Shown: one piece after another, positions 28,090 to 38,535 of the stretch
Layout of the letters: the number at the start of each line of letters is the position of its first letter
How positions within the stretch are numbered: position 1 is the stretch's first letter
Assembly: GCA_046330075.1 (NCBI GenBank)
Contig: JAXLTL010000011.1
Location: 27,243 to 91,242, forward strand
Reading direction: 5' to 3'
From: Bacteroidia bacterium
GTDB lineage: Bacteria; Bacteroidota; Bacteroidia; AKYH767-A; OLB10
DNA length: 64,000 nt
Notes under the pieces: generated by a model
The model's input: only the letters and a program-made list of their open reading frames with translations
What the model was told of the DNA's origin: nothing
Databases searched by the model: none
Translations under genes and position numbers: made by a program

Positions 28090-30807
28090 TTATCGATAAA
28101 TGGCGACTGTACCTCTGTATACCGCAGTGCCATTGCCCAAATCTACCGTGAACAGATATACTCCGTCCGGAAGCGAAGCTCCATCAAATCTGCGCTCTTG
28201 GTTGTCATATCTGTTAACCTGGAATACCTCCTGACCCCAACGGTTATGTATACTCACCTTGCATTCAGGGTATTGTGCTATGTTGCGGATTTCGAAGAAG
28301 TCATTGATGTCATCACCATTGGGGGTGAAGATATTGGGAATAGCAAGTGCGCAGCCGGTAGGTGTGGAAACCAGACCGGTATCGCAGGGAGGTGGTCCTA
28401 TTGCCCTGACCACAAATACAGGAGGAGCATTATTGACACCATGTGACGTTGCGCCGACCGGTGTATTCGCAGGCATCCACGTGAATCCGCCATCTTCACT
28501 GACCTGATAGGATATCGCTGAAGGGACCGGATTCCAGGTATAAATATCACTGTATCCGGCAGTGCCATTTACACAGGTGACCTCCGGTGCGGCAGGATAA
28601 CCGGATTGCGCCACTGCGGCGGTATCGGAGCTGCTGCAACCATTCGCAGTTACGGTCAGTGTATAGATTCCGGGATTGCTGATCTGTATCGTTTGTGTTG
28701 TATCACCGGTTGACCAGAGATAAATGGCGCTACTGATTCCACAATCCATGAGTGCTGTTTGCCCGGTACACAGGATGAGCGGATCTATCGTAAATCCGGG
28801 TGAAGCATTTCTGATGAGATTCATACTGTCAATTCCTTCGCATCCGAAGGTATCCGTGGCAATCAACGTATACATTCCATTTCCGAACGTTTGATAAACC
28901 GGCAAGGTATCTTCAAACATAAATGTATTGTAGTATCCCCAGTTATAAATGAGCCCCTGAGCGGATCCTGCACTTAATAACGGCCAGGGATCTCCGTCAC
29001 AAACGATGCTGTCGTGCAAATCAACATATGGCCGGGGATGGATGGTCAGTGTCATGGAATCTACGCCGGTACATCCTCCACCGCTGGCCATCACTGTGTA
29101 TATTCCACCTGATGCAGGCTGATAAACGGATTGAACAGCACCGGAAATCGGCTGACCATTCAGGTACCAGCTGTAAGCCACTGTTCCGATGGAAGTGCAG
29201 ACAAGCGGAGGAATTACTTCACCATCGCAGATCGCGGTGTCAGAGATAAGGTCGAGCGGAATTTTGGTCTGGTGGTACAAAACAGCGATCGTATCCGCCG
29301 GGATCAGAAAATGACCGCAGCGGTTGGATACGCTGTTTCCGTCAGATGCTCCGGAGGAGTCAGCATATAGAATCAGTGGATTGACTACTGTAAAGGGCAA
29401 TTGAAAGTTAAGGATCAGCTGGCTGCTGATCGTTCCACCCGGACATACCATTGTTGTCGCATTTATCGGATATACCACGCCGTTAGCGTCTTTCAGCCGG
29501 AGATCGCTGCCATCCGCCGCCACGGTCCAGCAGAACAATGGATCAGTGAGATTGATCGTATCCTGACTGCTATAACAGGGAAGGGAATCATACACCGGAT
29601 TATATCCGGAAACATCCTGAACGATCACCGGAATTGTATCTCTCAGCTCCGGCATTTCATATCCGCATTCAGAAACCAGGGTATTCCCGTCGATGCCTTT
29701 CTTAACCCAGATGCTGGTAGTACCGATAAGCAAAGGATTTAAAAACGTAAGTACTAACGTATCCGCATATCCGCTAATACATCCGATAGGCTGAACAGCA
29801 ACAACGGGATTAGGGATACCCTGCGGATCGAGGGTGTGAAAATCATTGGGTACAGCGGAGGCACAATTGAAGGACGTATCAAATGTGAGCATCACGGTAC
29901 TATCCCCGCACTGTGCTGCAACAAATCCGTTGTTGGCTTTCAGAATCTGGTCATCAAACGCCGGAGTAACCGGATTCAGGAACGGAAAGAACTCCAGTTG
30001 CAATTCCCTCTTTACGGAACCAACGAGTACACCGTTTCTATATTCATCGGTACGTATCGCGATGATCACAAATTGCGCAACTGACGGAACAAAATGAAGC
30101 ACACCGGTTAATGGATCAAAGATGATCGGAACGGAGCTCGAAAACGGTACAGCCAGGCTATACTGTGGCAAAAAACCCGCCGGAGTAACGGGTCCCGGAC
30201 AAGCAAAATACGCATCCGGTACTTCAAAAGTATTTACCAGAGAGTCCCCATCATCTTCCACAGCGTTTAATGGTAAATCATTCTGAATTCCAATTGCTGA
30301 AATATGATAATCCAGATCAGTAAAATAAGGTGAGTTGTTCAGGATACCATTCAGATTATTGATCGTACAGCTGGCATACATCGATGCATTGACCAGATTC
30401 CCGCTGTTATTCAGACAACACTCTGACCAATGAAAGGTCCAATCGTTCGCCGGAGGCAGATAAACCAATAACTCATAAACATATTCCTCAATACTTCCGG
30501 TTCCACCTGTACAAGTGGGAATCGAGGTCAAACAATAAAACTGCGGAATTACCTGAGATGAATACAAAGGCATGGTGGTCGTCATACATTGATTCAGCGA
30601 TGCTGAATAGTATGTAAGCGGAGCCGGATTATTAATTGGAATACCGGTACAATCGCGATATACCCTGAGCCGGAGCAGGTATTCACCCGGCACCATTGTA
30701 GTGATATAGGTAAGATCAGCACCGATGAGATGGCTGGCTGATACGTTGGAAGAATACAACATCAGGAACCAATAAAAAAGACGAAAGAAGAAGCGATAAT
30801 TTTTCAT
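28090..30807 (-). CDS. giant adhesin-like protein with T9SS type-B (CHU_C) C-terminal domain (paralog of 23072..26287)
   Basis: The likely start is MKNYRFFFRLFYWFLMLYSSNVSA (codon 17 of the ORF). SHLIGADLTYITT...LRLRVYRDCTGIP. C-terminus IPNIFTPNGDDINDFFEIRNIAQYP...IHNRWGQEVF...GVYLFTVDL. Confidence 0.85.
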   Translation of the reverse strand: MKNYRFFFRLFYWFLMLYSSNVSASHLIGADLTYITTMVPGEYLLRLRVYRDCTGIPINNPAPLTYYSASLNQCMTTTMPLYSSQVIPQFYCLTSIPTCTGGTGSIEEYVYELLVYLPPANDWTFHWSECCLNNSGNLVNASMYASCTINNLNGILNNSPYFTDLDYHISAIGIQNDLPLNAVEDDGDSLVNTFEVPDAYFACPGPVTPAGFLPQYSLAVPFSSSVPIIFDPLTGVLHFVPSVAQFVIIAIRTDEYRNGVLVGSVKRELQLEFFPFLNPVTPAFDDQILKANNGFVAAQCGDSTVMLTFDTSFNCASAVPNDFHTLDPQGIPNPVVAVQPIGCISGYADTLVLTFLNPLLIGTTSIWVKKGIDGNTLVSECGYEMPELRDTIPVIVQDVSGYNPVYDSLPCYSSQDTINLTDPLFCWTVAADGSDLRLKDANGVVYPINATTMVCPGGTISSQLILNFQLPFTVVNPLILYADSSGASDGNSVSNRCGHFLIPADTIAVLYHQTKIPLDLISDTAICDGEVIPPLVCTSIGTVAYSWYLNGQPISGAVQSVYQPASGGIYTVMASGGGCTGVDSMTLTIHPRPYVDLHDSIVCDGDPWPLLSAGSAQGLIYNWGYYNTFMFEDTLPVYQTFGNGMYTLIATDTFGCEGIDSMNLIRNASPGFTIDPLILCTGQTALMDCGISSAIYLWSTGDTTQTIQISNPGIYTLTVTANGCSSSDTAAVAQSGYPAAPEVTCVNGTAGYSDIYTWNPVPSAISYQVSEDGGFTWMPANTPVGATSHGVNNAPPVFVVRAIGPPPCDTGLVSTPTGCALAIPNIFTPNGDDINDFFEIRNIAQYPECKVSIHNRWGQEVFQVNRYDNQERRFDGASLPDGVYLFTVDLGNGTAVYRGTVAIYR

Positions 30808-31139
30808 AACTGAAATTTTTTTTCCTTCAGATAAGGGCATACTCCTCCCCTTCACTAAAGTTGGTGATTTTTTAGCAGATAACCGGATTGCTCCTGCAAA
30901 TTAACTTTAACCGCATATTTCCTGATTCACAGCAACCAGGATCGGCAGAAGCGTGCGTTCATTGAAAAAGATGCAGAATCCGGATGAATGGTTGCATCTG
31001 CCCGTTTCCAAACCTCAATCACCTTGAAAATCAGGTACTGCCAACTCCCATCTTTTCAATACCTCCACGTTTCAGTGTTTAAATTATCCTCCCAAGTGCC
31101 GTGTATCTCCTTTTCCTTTCATACCCCACCCCGATTTCG

Positions 31140-31147
31140 TACTTTTG
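31140..31147 (+). promoter_or_regulatory. Bacteroidota -7 box upstream of lepA
   Basis: TACTTTTG ends only 7 nt before the lepA ATG (31155). This implies a very short leader or a leaderless transcript if it is used. Confidence 0.4.
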
Positions 31148-31154
31148 CGCGACT

Positions 31155-32942
31155 ATGGAGCAAATCCGCAATTTCTGCATCATCGCCCACATCGACCACG
31201 GGAAATCGACCCTGGCCGACCGCCTGCTGGAGTATACTAACACCGTGTCGAAGAAGGACTTACAGGCCCAGGTACTGGACGATATGGACCTTGAACGCGA
31301 GCGGGGCATTACCATTAAGAGCCATGCAATCCAGATGGATTACGAACTGGACGGCAAAAAATATATCCTCAACCTGATCGATACACCGGGACACGTGGAC
31401 TTCAGTTACGAGGTTTCCCGTTCCATCGCTGCCTGCGAAGGTGCCTTGCTGATTGTGGATGCTGCACAGGGTATTCAGGCGCAAACCATTTCCAACCTGT
31501 ACCTGGCTCTTGAGAACGACCTGACCATTATTCCTATCCTGAATAAAATCGACCTTCCCAGCGCAGAGCCGGAACTGGTAAAGGATCAGATCGTAGATCT
31601 GCTGGGTTGCGACCGTGAAGAGATTCTGGCGGCATCGGGTAAAACCGGCATGGGTGTACATGATATTCTTCGTGCAATCGTTGAACGTATTCCTGCTCCG
31701 AAGGGAGATCCGAAAGCTCCGCTGAAAGCCCTGATCTTCGATTCTGTATTTAACTCTTTTCGTGGCATCATTGCGTATTTCAAGGTGATGGAGGGAGAGA
31801 TCAATAAAAACGATCACGTAAAATTCGTCGCCACCGGATCCGATTATCACGCGGATGAAATCGGCATTCTCCGACTCGATAAATCTCCCCGCGATGTGGT
31901 GAAAACCGGCGACGTAGGATATATTATTTCGGGTATCAAGGAAGCGAAAGAAGTTAAAGTTGGAGATACCATCACTCATGTAGACCGTCCCTGTCTTCAG
32001 GCTGTTGCCGGTTTCGAAGATGTGAAGCCGATGGTTTTTGCGGGTATTTATCCGGTAGATACGGATGAATACGAAGAGTTGCGTACCTCCATCGAAAAGC
32101 TGCAGCTCAACGATGCTTCGCTGGTCTTTGAGCCGGAGTCGTCTGCTGCACTGGGATTTGGTTTCCGTTGCGGATTCCTTGGTATGCTCCACATGGAAAT
32201 TATCCAGGAACGTCTCGAACGCGAGTTCAACATGACGGTGATTACTACCGTGCCGAACGTTTCGTATCAGGCTTACCTGACGAATGGCGAAGACTTTCAG
32301 GTGAACAACCCCAGCGACTTCCCAGATCCGAGCAAGCTTGACCGCATCGAAGAGCCGTATATCAAGGCAACGATCATCACGAAGGCAGAGTTTGTTGGTC
32401 CGGTGATGAGTTTATGTATCGGAAAACGCGGAGAGATTGTCAATCAGAGTTACCTCACCACCGACCGTGTGGAGCTGATCTTTAATATGCCACTCGCTGA
32501 AATCGTTTTTGATTTTTACGATAAACTCAAGTCGATTTCCAAAGGTTATGCATCCTTCGATTATCATCAGATCGGCTATCGTGCCTCTGAGCTGGTGCGT
32601 CTTGATATCCGACTCAACGGTGAACCGGTAGATGCCCTCTCCGCCCTGATCCACCGTGACCATGCCTTTACCTTCGGAAAAAAGATCTGCGAAAAACTGA
32701 AAGAGCTGATCACGCGTCAGCAATTTGAAATTGTGATTCAGGCTGCTATCGGTGCAAAAATCATCGCCCGTGAAACGGTGAAAGCTCTACGTAAAGACGT
32801 TACCGCGAAGTGTTACGGTGGTGATATCTCGCGTAAACGAAAACTGCTCGAGAAGCAGAAAGAAGGTAAGAAGCGAATGCGGCAGGTTGGCTCAGTAGAA
32901 ATTCCGCAGCAGGCGTTTCTGGCCGTTTTGAAACTTGATTAA
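31155..32942 (+). CDS. lepA: translation elongation factor 4 (LepA)
   Basis: [38 protein letters not shown]-terminal LepA domain ...[41 protein letters not shown]. Confidence 0.95.
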   Translation: MEQIRNFCIIAHIDHGKSTLADRLLEYTNTVSKKDLQAQVLDDMDLERERGITIKSHAIQMDYELDGKKYILNLIDTPGHVDFSYEVSRSIAACEGALLIVDAAQGIQAQTISNLYLALENDLTIIPILNKIDLPSAEPELVKDQIVDLLGCDREEILAASGKTGMGVHDILRAIVERIPAPKGDPKAPLKALIFDSVFNSFRGIIAYFKVMEGEINKNDHVKFVATGSDYHADEIGILRLDKSPRDVVKTGDVGYIISGIKEAKEVKVGDTITHVDRPCLQAVAGFEDVKPMVFAGIYPVDTDEYEELRTSIEKLQLNDASLVFEPESSAALGFGFRCGFLGMLHMEIIQERLEREFNMTVITTVPNVSYQAYLTNGEDFQVNNPSDFPDPSKLDRIEEPYIKATIITKAEFVGPVMSLCIGKRGEIVNQSYLTTDRVELIFNMPLAEIVFDFYDKLKSISKGYASFDYHQIGYRASELVRLDIRLNGEPVDALSALIHRDHAFTFGKKICEKLKELITRQQFEIVIQAAIGAKIIARETVKALRKDVTAKCYGGDISRKRKLLEKQKEGKKRMRQVGSVEIPQQAFLAVLKLD

Positions 32943-32954
32943 CTCAGCAAAACA

Positions 32955-32981
32955 AAAAATCCGCCTCCGGGCGGATTTTTT
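32955..32981 (+). terminator. rho-independent terminator after lepA
   Basis: aaaaaatccgcc tccg ggcggatttttt. Confidence 0.85.
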
Positions 32982-32989
32982 GTTTTTAA

Positions 32990-33105
32990 GAGGGGCATTC
33001 CGCACTTCGTGCGGAAGGAGCAAGAAGGGCAAAAGGGGCAAGAGGGGCAAGAGGGGCAAGACAGCCTGCAGCCTTGAAGCCTGAAGCCTGTGGCTTGCGG
33101 CTGAA
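32990..33105. repeat. low-complexity G-rich direct repeats (ggggcaagag x3, gcctgaa-type) next to a small GC hairpin
   Basis: ttccgcacttcgtgcggaa hairpin followed by ggagcaagaagggcaaaaggggcaagaggggcaagaggggcaagacagcctgcagccttgaagcctgaagcctgtggcttgcggctg. A related inverse motif ttgcccctttgcccttcttgc lies at about 17860-17882. Confidence 0.8.
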
Positions 33106-35175
33106 TTATCGTTTTACCAATTTAAATCGTGTAGTTTCCTTTTCGGTTACAAACTCAACAATGATCAACCCTGCATCATATGCACGGAGATCAAGCGGAT
33201 GTCTTCCATGTTGAATAGAGATACCTTGCGACGATAGTAATTTGCCGGCTGCATCATACACATGCAACACGCCACGGCGGAACTGATCATCCGGAAACAA
33301 CAGCCAGGTATCATCCCCGGCAGGATTCGGATAGACAGTACCGTTAGCTAATAAAGCTGTATTGTCCAGTCCGGCAAGTGAACAGGTGCCGGGAAGAAAC
33401 GTATCCAGCCATCCGGCCCGGGCAGTAATCCAGTTTTTCAGCTCCTGCTTCACACCGGCATAATCAGGAGGGAACGGCTGAGGGTTGGGCCATACATATA
33501 CACCAAGGATGGGCCATTGCGTGAAATTTCTGGCCTGACTTTCATCCAGCAACGCACCCACGCTGTCAATCCAGGCATTGAGTGAAGCATCCGACAGTAA
33601 ATTGCTGCGCAGTGAATCCCATCTGCAGCGTAAATTGTTTTTGAAGTACGGATCCTGCATCAACCGGTTCCACCAGAACGGCACCTGATTGCCATCGGAG
33701 GTACTGGGGAAGATGTATGAGTAGCCGGAAGGGCTGTCCCCGCCATAATAATCGGCGTTACCCCAGGCGATATCGTAATCCCAAACGGGTCCCATCCGCA
33801 TCAGGCGACCGTCGCTGTCTTTGGGCTTATGAAAGAATGTACTGATACGGTATCCATCCACATTCTTGGCCAGTTCATTGATGATAAAATAATCGATCCA
33901 GCTGTTGATGTCGATGTAGTTCCGGTAACCGGTAAGCGGATCCGAGAAATTGGGTCCGTGCAAGGCCTGTTCCATACTATCAACAAACTGCTGAATATAA
34001 TTGGCCTGCACCGGCAGTATAGTGGCATAATCAGGATATTCAAACTGAATGTTTGGAGTGGGACCACCATTAGGCGGTGGGTATGCGGATGAAAAACCCG
34101 GGCCACTTGTACCTGTTGGCTTATCTATTTTAAGAATATATCCGCCGGTAAGATCATCACCGCTGGTATCGGCGGGTGTAAGTTTGGCGATGTCAACACG
34201 ACCGGGATCACGTTTGATTTTCTCCATGAAAATATATACCCCCTGGTATTGTCCGTTCACGAGCAGTTCACAGTATTGAATGCGCGACGCATAATGTCCC
34301 ATCGAGCGGGAGAGATCATAACTGATCACATTCCGCATAAGTGTTTTATCCGTGAAATTCGCATTCAACACCCAATCACTCTCTGCCGGCATTCCAAACA
34401 AGCTAACATCGAGATCAGTTCCCAGCGAATCGCGGGTTTCCACACCGAACGATTTTTTAGGGAACATCTGTGAACTGGAACCACGCACTTCTATTCCGAT
34501 ATAGCCATTATATGCAAATACTGTATCAGAAACATAATTTCGTATACCCGCACCGTTATCAATGATTTTCATTGTTGCGGTAATCTTGGGATCATCCGGA
34601 ATCACCTGACCCATCGTAGAGATTTTCACGATCGGCAGATTCGACGATTGCAGCATCAGTCCCTGTGGAGGATTGGCGCCGAAATACAAGGCCCAGTTGA
34701 GCAGAATGCCGGCATCAGCGAATGGATAATTATCATGAATCAGCAGCTGCCAGGTCTGGTTGGGATCCAGGCCGTTGTTCACTGAATACAGCGGTGACTC
34801 GGGACGAAATGAACCGGAAAACGGTGCACTGCCGTTGGTGATAAAGCTGGGTACTGTATCCACGAAGAAGGTATTGATGTAGTTATTTCCACCACCACCA
34901 TTACCGGTAGACAGTTCAATATAGGTGCTGTCCGGCGCGATCAGGAAAATTTCAAGATCTGAATCATAGGTGTGGACAATATTGACCGAAACTGCTTTCA
35001 GCCCGAAGGTAGAATCGAGGGAAGATGGCAATCCTGAAACCGGCAAATTGAAACGGATAGACGTACCATCGTCGGGGATAGATCCTCCAACTCCCACGAA
35101 TTGCTGACTATAGGAAGGTATCGCGGTTAACGATAGGAAAGCGACGAAGAGCAGTCGCGTCAGGTTGTTCAACAT
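33106..35175 (-). CDS. secreted CotH kinase-family protein with N-terminal proprotein-convertase P-domain-like module and T9SS type-A CTD
   Basis: Signal peptide. VNIVHTYDSDLEIFLIAPDST is P-domain-like. The CotH-like core is NLPIVKIST..., IEVRGSSSQMFPKKSFGVE, NANFTDKTLMRN, QYQGVYIFMEKIKRD. CTD VYPNPAGDDTWLLF...LIIVEFVTEKETTRFKLVKR. Confidence 0.85.
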   Translation of the reverse strand: MLNNLTRLLFVAFLSLTAIPSYSQQFVGVGGSIPDDGTSIRFNLPVSGLPSSLDSTFGLKAVSVNIVHTYDSDLEIFLIAPDSTYIELSTGNGGGGNNYINTFFVDTVPSFITNGSAPFSGSFRPESPLYSVNNGLDPNQTWQLLIHDNYPFADAGILLNWALYFGANPPQGLMLQSSNLPIVKISTMGQVIPDDPKITATMKIIDNGAGIRNYVSDTVFAYNGYIGIEVRGSSSQMFPKKSFGVETRDSLGTDLDVSLFGMPAESDWVLNANFTDKTLMRNVISYDLSRSMGHYASRIQYCELLVNGQYQGVYIFMEKIKRDPGRVDIAKLTPADTSGDDLTGGYILKIDKPTGTSGPGFSSAYPPPNGGPTPNIQFEYPDYATILPVQANYIQQFVDSMEQALHGPNFSDPLTGYRNYIDINSWIDYFIINELAKNVDGYRISTFFHKPKDSDGRLMRMGPVWDYDIAWGNADYYGGDSPSGYSYIFPSTSDGNQVPFWWNRLMQDPYFKNNLRCRWDSLRSNLLSDASLNAWIDSVGALLDESQARNFTQWPILGVYVWPNPQPFPPDYAGVKQELKNWITARAGWLDTFLPGTCSLAGLDNTALLANGTVYPNPAGDDTWLLFPDDQFRRGVLHVYDAAGKLLSSQGISIQHGRHPLDLRAYDAGLIIVEFVTEKETTRFKLVKR

Positions 35176-35227
35176 AGGTTGCTAAAATACGGCTTTTAAC
35201 CGACTTCTGCCAAACGTTTGATAATCC

Positions 35228-36208
35228 CTACAGCAGACCAAACGCCTGTTCATTCATCTGGAAAACATAATGGGTGATAGCGGCATAAATGGGTATTCCC
35301 GCCATGATATTAAACGGGAAGGTAATTCCCAGTGGAGTGGTCAGGTAATAAGAAGGATTAGCCTCCGGAATCGCTACCCGAATAGCAGCAGGCGCGGCGA
35401 TATAGGAAGCCGATGCCGCCATGGTCGCCAGGATCACTGTACCACCTTCTGACATTCCAGCCAGACTACCCGCCAGGATACCCAACATAGCCGAAATCAA
35501 AGGCATGGTAATCCCGAAAACCAATAGAAATAAACCTGTTTTCCGCAGATCCTGCATTCTTCCACTGGTCACCACCCCCATTTCCAGCATAAAAATTGCC
35601 AGAAACCCCTTAAACATCCCAAAGAAAAAAGTGTTAAGCTGGTCATTCTTTTGCCATGCGGTAAACATCCCAATCAATAATCCTCCGACCAATAAAATCA
35701 TACTTTTTCCGAGTAACACTTCCTGCAATACAGCCGACAATTTCCCTCCTTCTGATTTTTTCAATTGTAGACTCCGGTACAAAAGGATACTATACGCAAT
35801 TGCAGGAACTTCCATCAAAACCAGCAACACCGTAACGTACTCTTCATAAGGCATTTTACGGTCTTTAAGCCAGGTAATCACCACGGCAAAGGTGACCGCA
35901 CTCACCGATCCATAATGCGCAGCCATGGCACAGGCATCCTCCAAAGTAAAACGTCCCACTTTCCGGAGATAAAACCAGGCGATGGTACAAACTGCCAGAC
36001 TCAGCAACAAGGTGGTAATCGCAGGAATCAGCAGCCTGCCGGCCTCCGCATGAAACAGTTCAATTCCGCCCTTGATACCAATTGATAAGAGCAGGTAAAT
36101 ACTCAATACGTTATAGAAGGAATCGGGGATTTTAAGGCCTGATTTCACCCAGCCGCCCAGCCAGCCCAACAAAAAGAAGAGCACTACCGGATCCAACATA
36201 TTCATCAT
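35228..36208 (-). CDS. sodium-dependent bicarbonate transport family permease (SbtA/DUF897-like)
   Basis: MLDPVVLFFLLGWLGGWVKSGLKIPDSFYNVLSIYLLLSIGIKGGIEL, about 10 TM segments, length near 325 aa as typical for the family. Confidence 0.8.
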   Translation of the reverse strand: MMNMLDPVVLFFLLGWLGGWVKSGLKIPDSFYNVLSIYLLLSIGIKGGIELFHAEAGRLLIPAITTLLLSLAVCTIAWFYLRKVGRFTLEDACAMAAHYGSVSAVTFAVVITWLKDRKMPYEEYVTVLLVLMEVPAIAYSILLYRSLQLKKSEGGKLSAVLQEVLLGKSMILLVGGLLIGMFTAWQKNDQLNTFFFGMFKGFLAIFMLEMGVVTSGRMQDLRKTGLFLLVFGITMPLISAMLGILAGSLAGMSEGGTVILATMAASASYIAAPAAIRVAIPEANPSYYLTTPLGITFPFNIMAGIPIYAAITHYVFQMNEQAFGLL

Positions 36209-36227
36209 AATAAGCTACTATCTTTTG

Positions 36228-36235
36228 CAAAAGTA
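36228..36235 (-). promoter_or_regulatory. Bacteroidota -7 box upstream of the SbtA-like permease gene
   Basis: Minus strand TACTTTTG lies within the palindromic cttttgcaaaag in the divergent TetR/permease intergenic region. Confidence 0.45.
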
Positions 36236-36262
36236 TTACTTTCGCGGTTCAACTTCACTAAC

Positions 36263-36937
36263 ATGGAACTACAATTAAAGTTTCGGATGAACGAACAATT
36301 ATATCTCCGAAACCCGCAGGAGAGTGATTTAGGCAGGAGAATTATCAGTGCAAGTGTAAGGATGATTGGCCAGATGGGCTTTGAATCGTTCACTTTCAAG
36401 AAACTGGCCACGGAAATCGAAACGACGGAAGCGAGTGTATACCGCTATTTTGAAAACAAGCACCGGCTGTTGGTGTACATGGTTACCTGGTACTGGAGCT
36501 GGCTTGAATACCGGGTGATGGTGAGTGGCATGAACACGGATAATGTAGAGTTGAAAATAAAGCGCATCATCCGTTTGCTGATTGAAGAATTTGATGAATC
36601 GCCGGGGATGGATGGCATTGATCAGCAGGCGCTGTATCATATTGTGGTTTGGGAAGGATCAAAGGCTTACCTGACCCGACATGTTACAGAAGATAACCAG
36701 GCCAGATTATTCAAGCCATATAAAGACCTTACTTCACGTATTGCCGCCGTATTGAAGGAATACAATCCGAAGTATAAATACAGCAGATCATTGGCGAGCA
36801 CCTTGATTGAAATGGCGCATTATCAGACCTTCTTCATGCAGAACCTTCCATCGCTTACCGATTTTGCACCAAAGAAAGACACCAAAGAAGTCTCAAAATT
36901 TTTAGAACACATGGTGTTCGCCTGTCTTAACAAATGA
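36263..36937 (+). CDS. TetR/AcrR family transcriptional regulator
   Basis: N-terminal HTH: GRRIISASVRMIGQMGFESFTFKKLATEIETTEASVYRYFENKHRLL. Divergent from the permease gene. Confidence 0.8.
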   Translation: MELQLKFRMNEQLYLRNPQESDLGRRIISASVRMIGQMGFESFTFKKLATEIETTEASVYRYFENKHRLLVYMVTWYWSWLEYRVMVSGMNTDNVELKIKRIIRLLIEEFDESPGMDGIDQQALYHIVVWEGSKAYLTRHVTEDNQARLFKPYKDLTSRIAAVLKEYNPKYKYSRSLASTLIEMAHYQTFFMQNLPSLTDFAPKKDTKEVSKFLEHMVFACLNK

Positions 36938-37131
36938 GGTGTATTGCAGTGTCCCATCATTGCTGTTCAGCGGATTCATCAACAATCTCAGCAGAATAAA
37001 AATCCGCAACCCTGCCGATACATTTCTGCCGTTTGCCTACCCAATACCGGGTAATCTCCAGGACAGGATTGCAGGTGATGGCAGAACAACGTAACTTTAC
37101 ACTGCGCTACCAGCGATAATACTTAAATTGT

Positions 37132-38517
37132 ATGATGAATTATCTCCGTCGTTTAGTACTTCCTGTACTCTTTGTATCACTCCTGTTTTCAGGACATCTG
37201 AAGGCACAGCAGCAGGAACCCGCATTGGTTTCCGGTCCGATGCTGGGTTACAGTGAACACCGGTCTGTACTTGTATGGTTTGAAGTGAGTCAATCGGTTC
37301 GTTCAGCCATGCTCCGGTACTGGGAAAAAGACAATACCAGTTACTTCTACGAGATGGATTATCTGGGCCAGCTGGAAAAACCATACAATCCTATACGATT
37401 CGAACTGGTGAAGCTGAAACTCAACACGACCTACAATTATGAAATCGTATTAAACGGAAAGGTAGTCCCTAATCCCCATCCCTTTGAGTTCACCACGAAA
37501 CCACATCAGGCCAATCCCGATGCTGAACCGTTCAACTTTTCCTTCCTTGCCGGTTCATGTGCTTACATCAATGATCCGGTACTCGACGCCAACGGTTCGC
37601 CTTACGGTCAGGATCCCTATATTTTCCGTACCATGGCCAGTATGAAAACCGATTTCATGCTCTGGCTGGGCGACAACCTCTACCTGCGTCCCTCCGACTA
37701 CGGTTCTGAAGCGGGTATGCGTTACCGTTATAGCATGCACCGTAAATCGCCCGAGCTTTCAGAGCTGCTGAGTTCGCGTCCCAATTATGCAATCTGGGAT
37801 GACCACGATTACGGCTATAACGATGCTGACCGTTCCTTCGAGCTGAAATCGATTGCGCAACGGCTCTTCCGCGATTACTGGGGGAATAAAACCTACGGGA
37901 TGGATAACGACAACGGCATCTACAGTTCCTACAGCTGGGGCGATTGCGAATTCTATCTCACCGACGATCGTTCCCATCGTGCGCCCAATCAGATCAAGGA
38001 CTCGGTGGGAGGCAAACCGAACTGTGAAAAAACATTCTTCGGCGATCAGCAACTCAACTGGCTGAAAGATAAACTCATCAGTTCAAAGTCCACCTTTAAG
38101 TTCATCGTAGTAGGAAATCAGGTGCTGAATCCGCTCAACGACTATGAAGGCATGCGTCATTATCCCTGCGAATTCAATGAACTCATCAATTTCATCGTAG
38201 CCTACCGGATAGAAGGAGTTGTGTTCATCACCGGAGACCGTCATTTCTCCGAAATCAACTTCTGGCAGCCAAAGGGAGGATACAAGATGTACGATATTAC
38301 CTGCTCTGCCATCTCCTCCAAACCCTGGGAGCCGGTTGGAAAAGAGAAAGACAATCCTAACCGTGTACCACAAACGCTGGTCACCAACAACAGCTTCACA
38401 CGATTCGATATCAGTGGCCCGCGTGGCGACCGTGTTCTTAAACTGATGACGATCGACAAAGCCGGCATCATCCATGCCTCTTTCCAGATCAGCGAGAAGG
38501 ATTTGAAGATGAAATAA
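37132..38517 (+). CDS. PhoD-like alkaline phosphatase / metallophosphoesterase
   Basis: Signal peptide. FSFLAGSC, LWLGDNLYLR, AIWDDHDYGYND, FITGDRHFSE. Confidence 0.85.
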   Translation: MMNYLRRLVLPVLFVSLLFSGHLKAQQQEPALVSGPMLGYSEHRSVLVWFEVSQSVRSAMLRYWEKDNTSYFYEMDYLGQLEKPYNPIRFELVKLKLNTTYNYEIVLNGKVVPNPHPFEFTTKPHQANPDAEPFNFSFLAGSCAYINDPVLDANGSPYGQDPYIFRTMASMKTDFMLWLGDNLYLRPSDYGSEAGMRYRYSMHRKSPELSELLSSRPNYAIWDDHDYGYNDADRSFELKSIAQRLFRDYWGNKTYGMDNDNGIYSSYSWGDCEFYLTDDRSHRAPNQIKDSVGGKPNCEKTFFGDQQLNWLKDKLISSKSTFKFIVVGNQVLNPLNDYEGMRHYPCEFNELINFIVAYRIEGVVFITGDRHFSEINFWQPKGGYKMYDITCSAISSKPWEPVGKEKDNPNRVPQTLVTNNSFTRFDISGPRGDRVLKLMTIDKAGIIHASFQISEKDLKMK

Positions 38518-38535
38518 TTGAGTAAGCAATACGTC

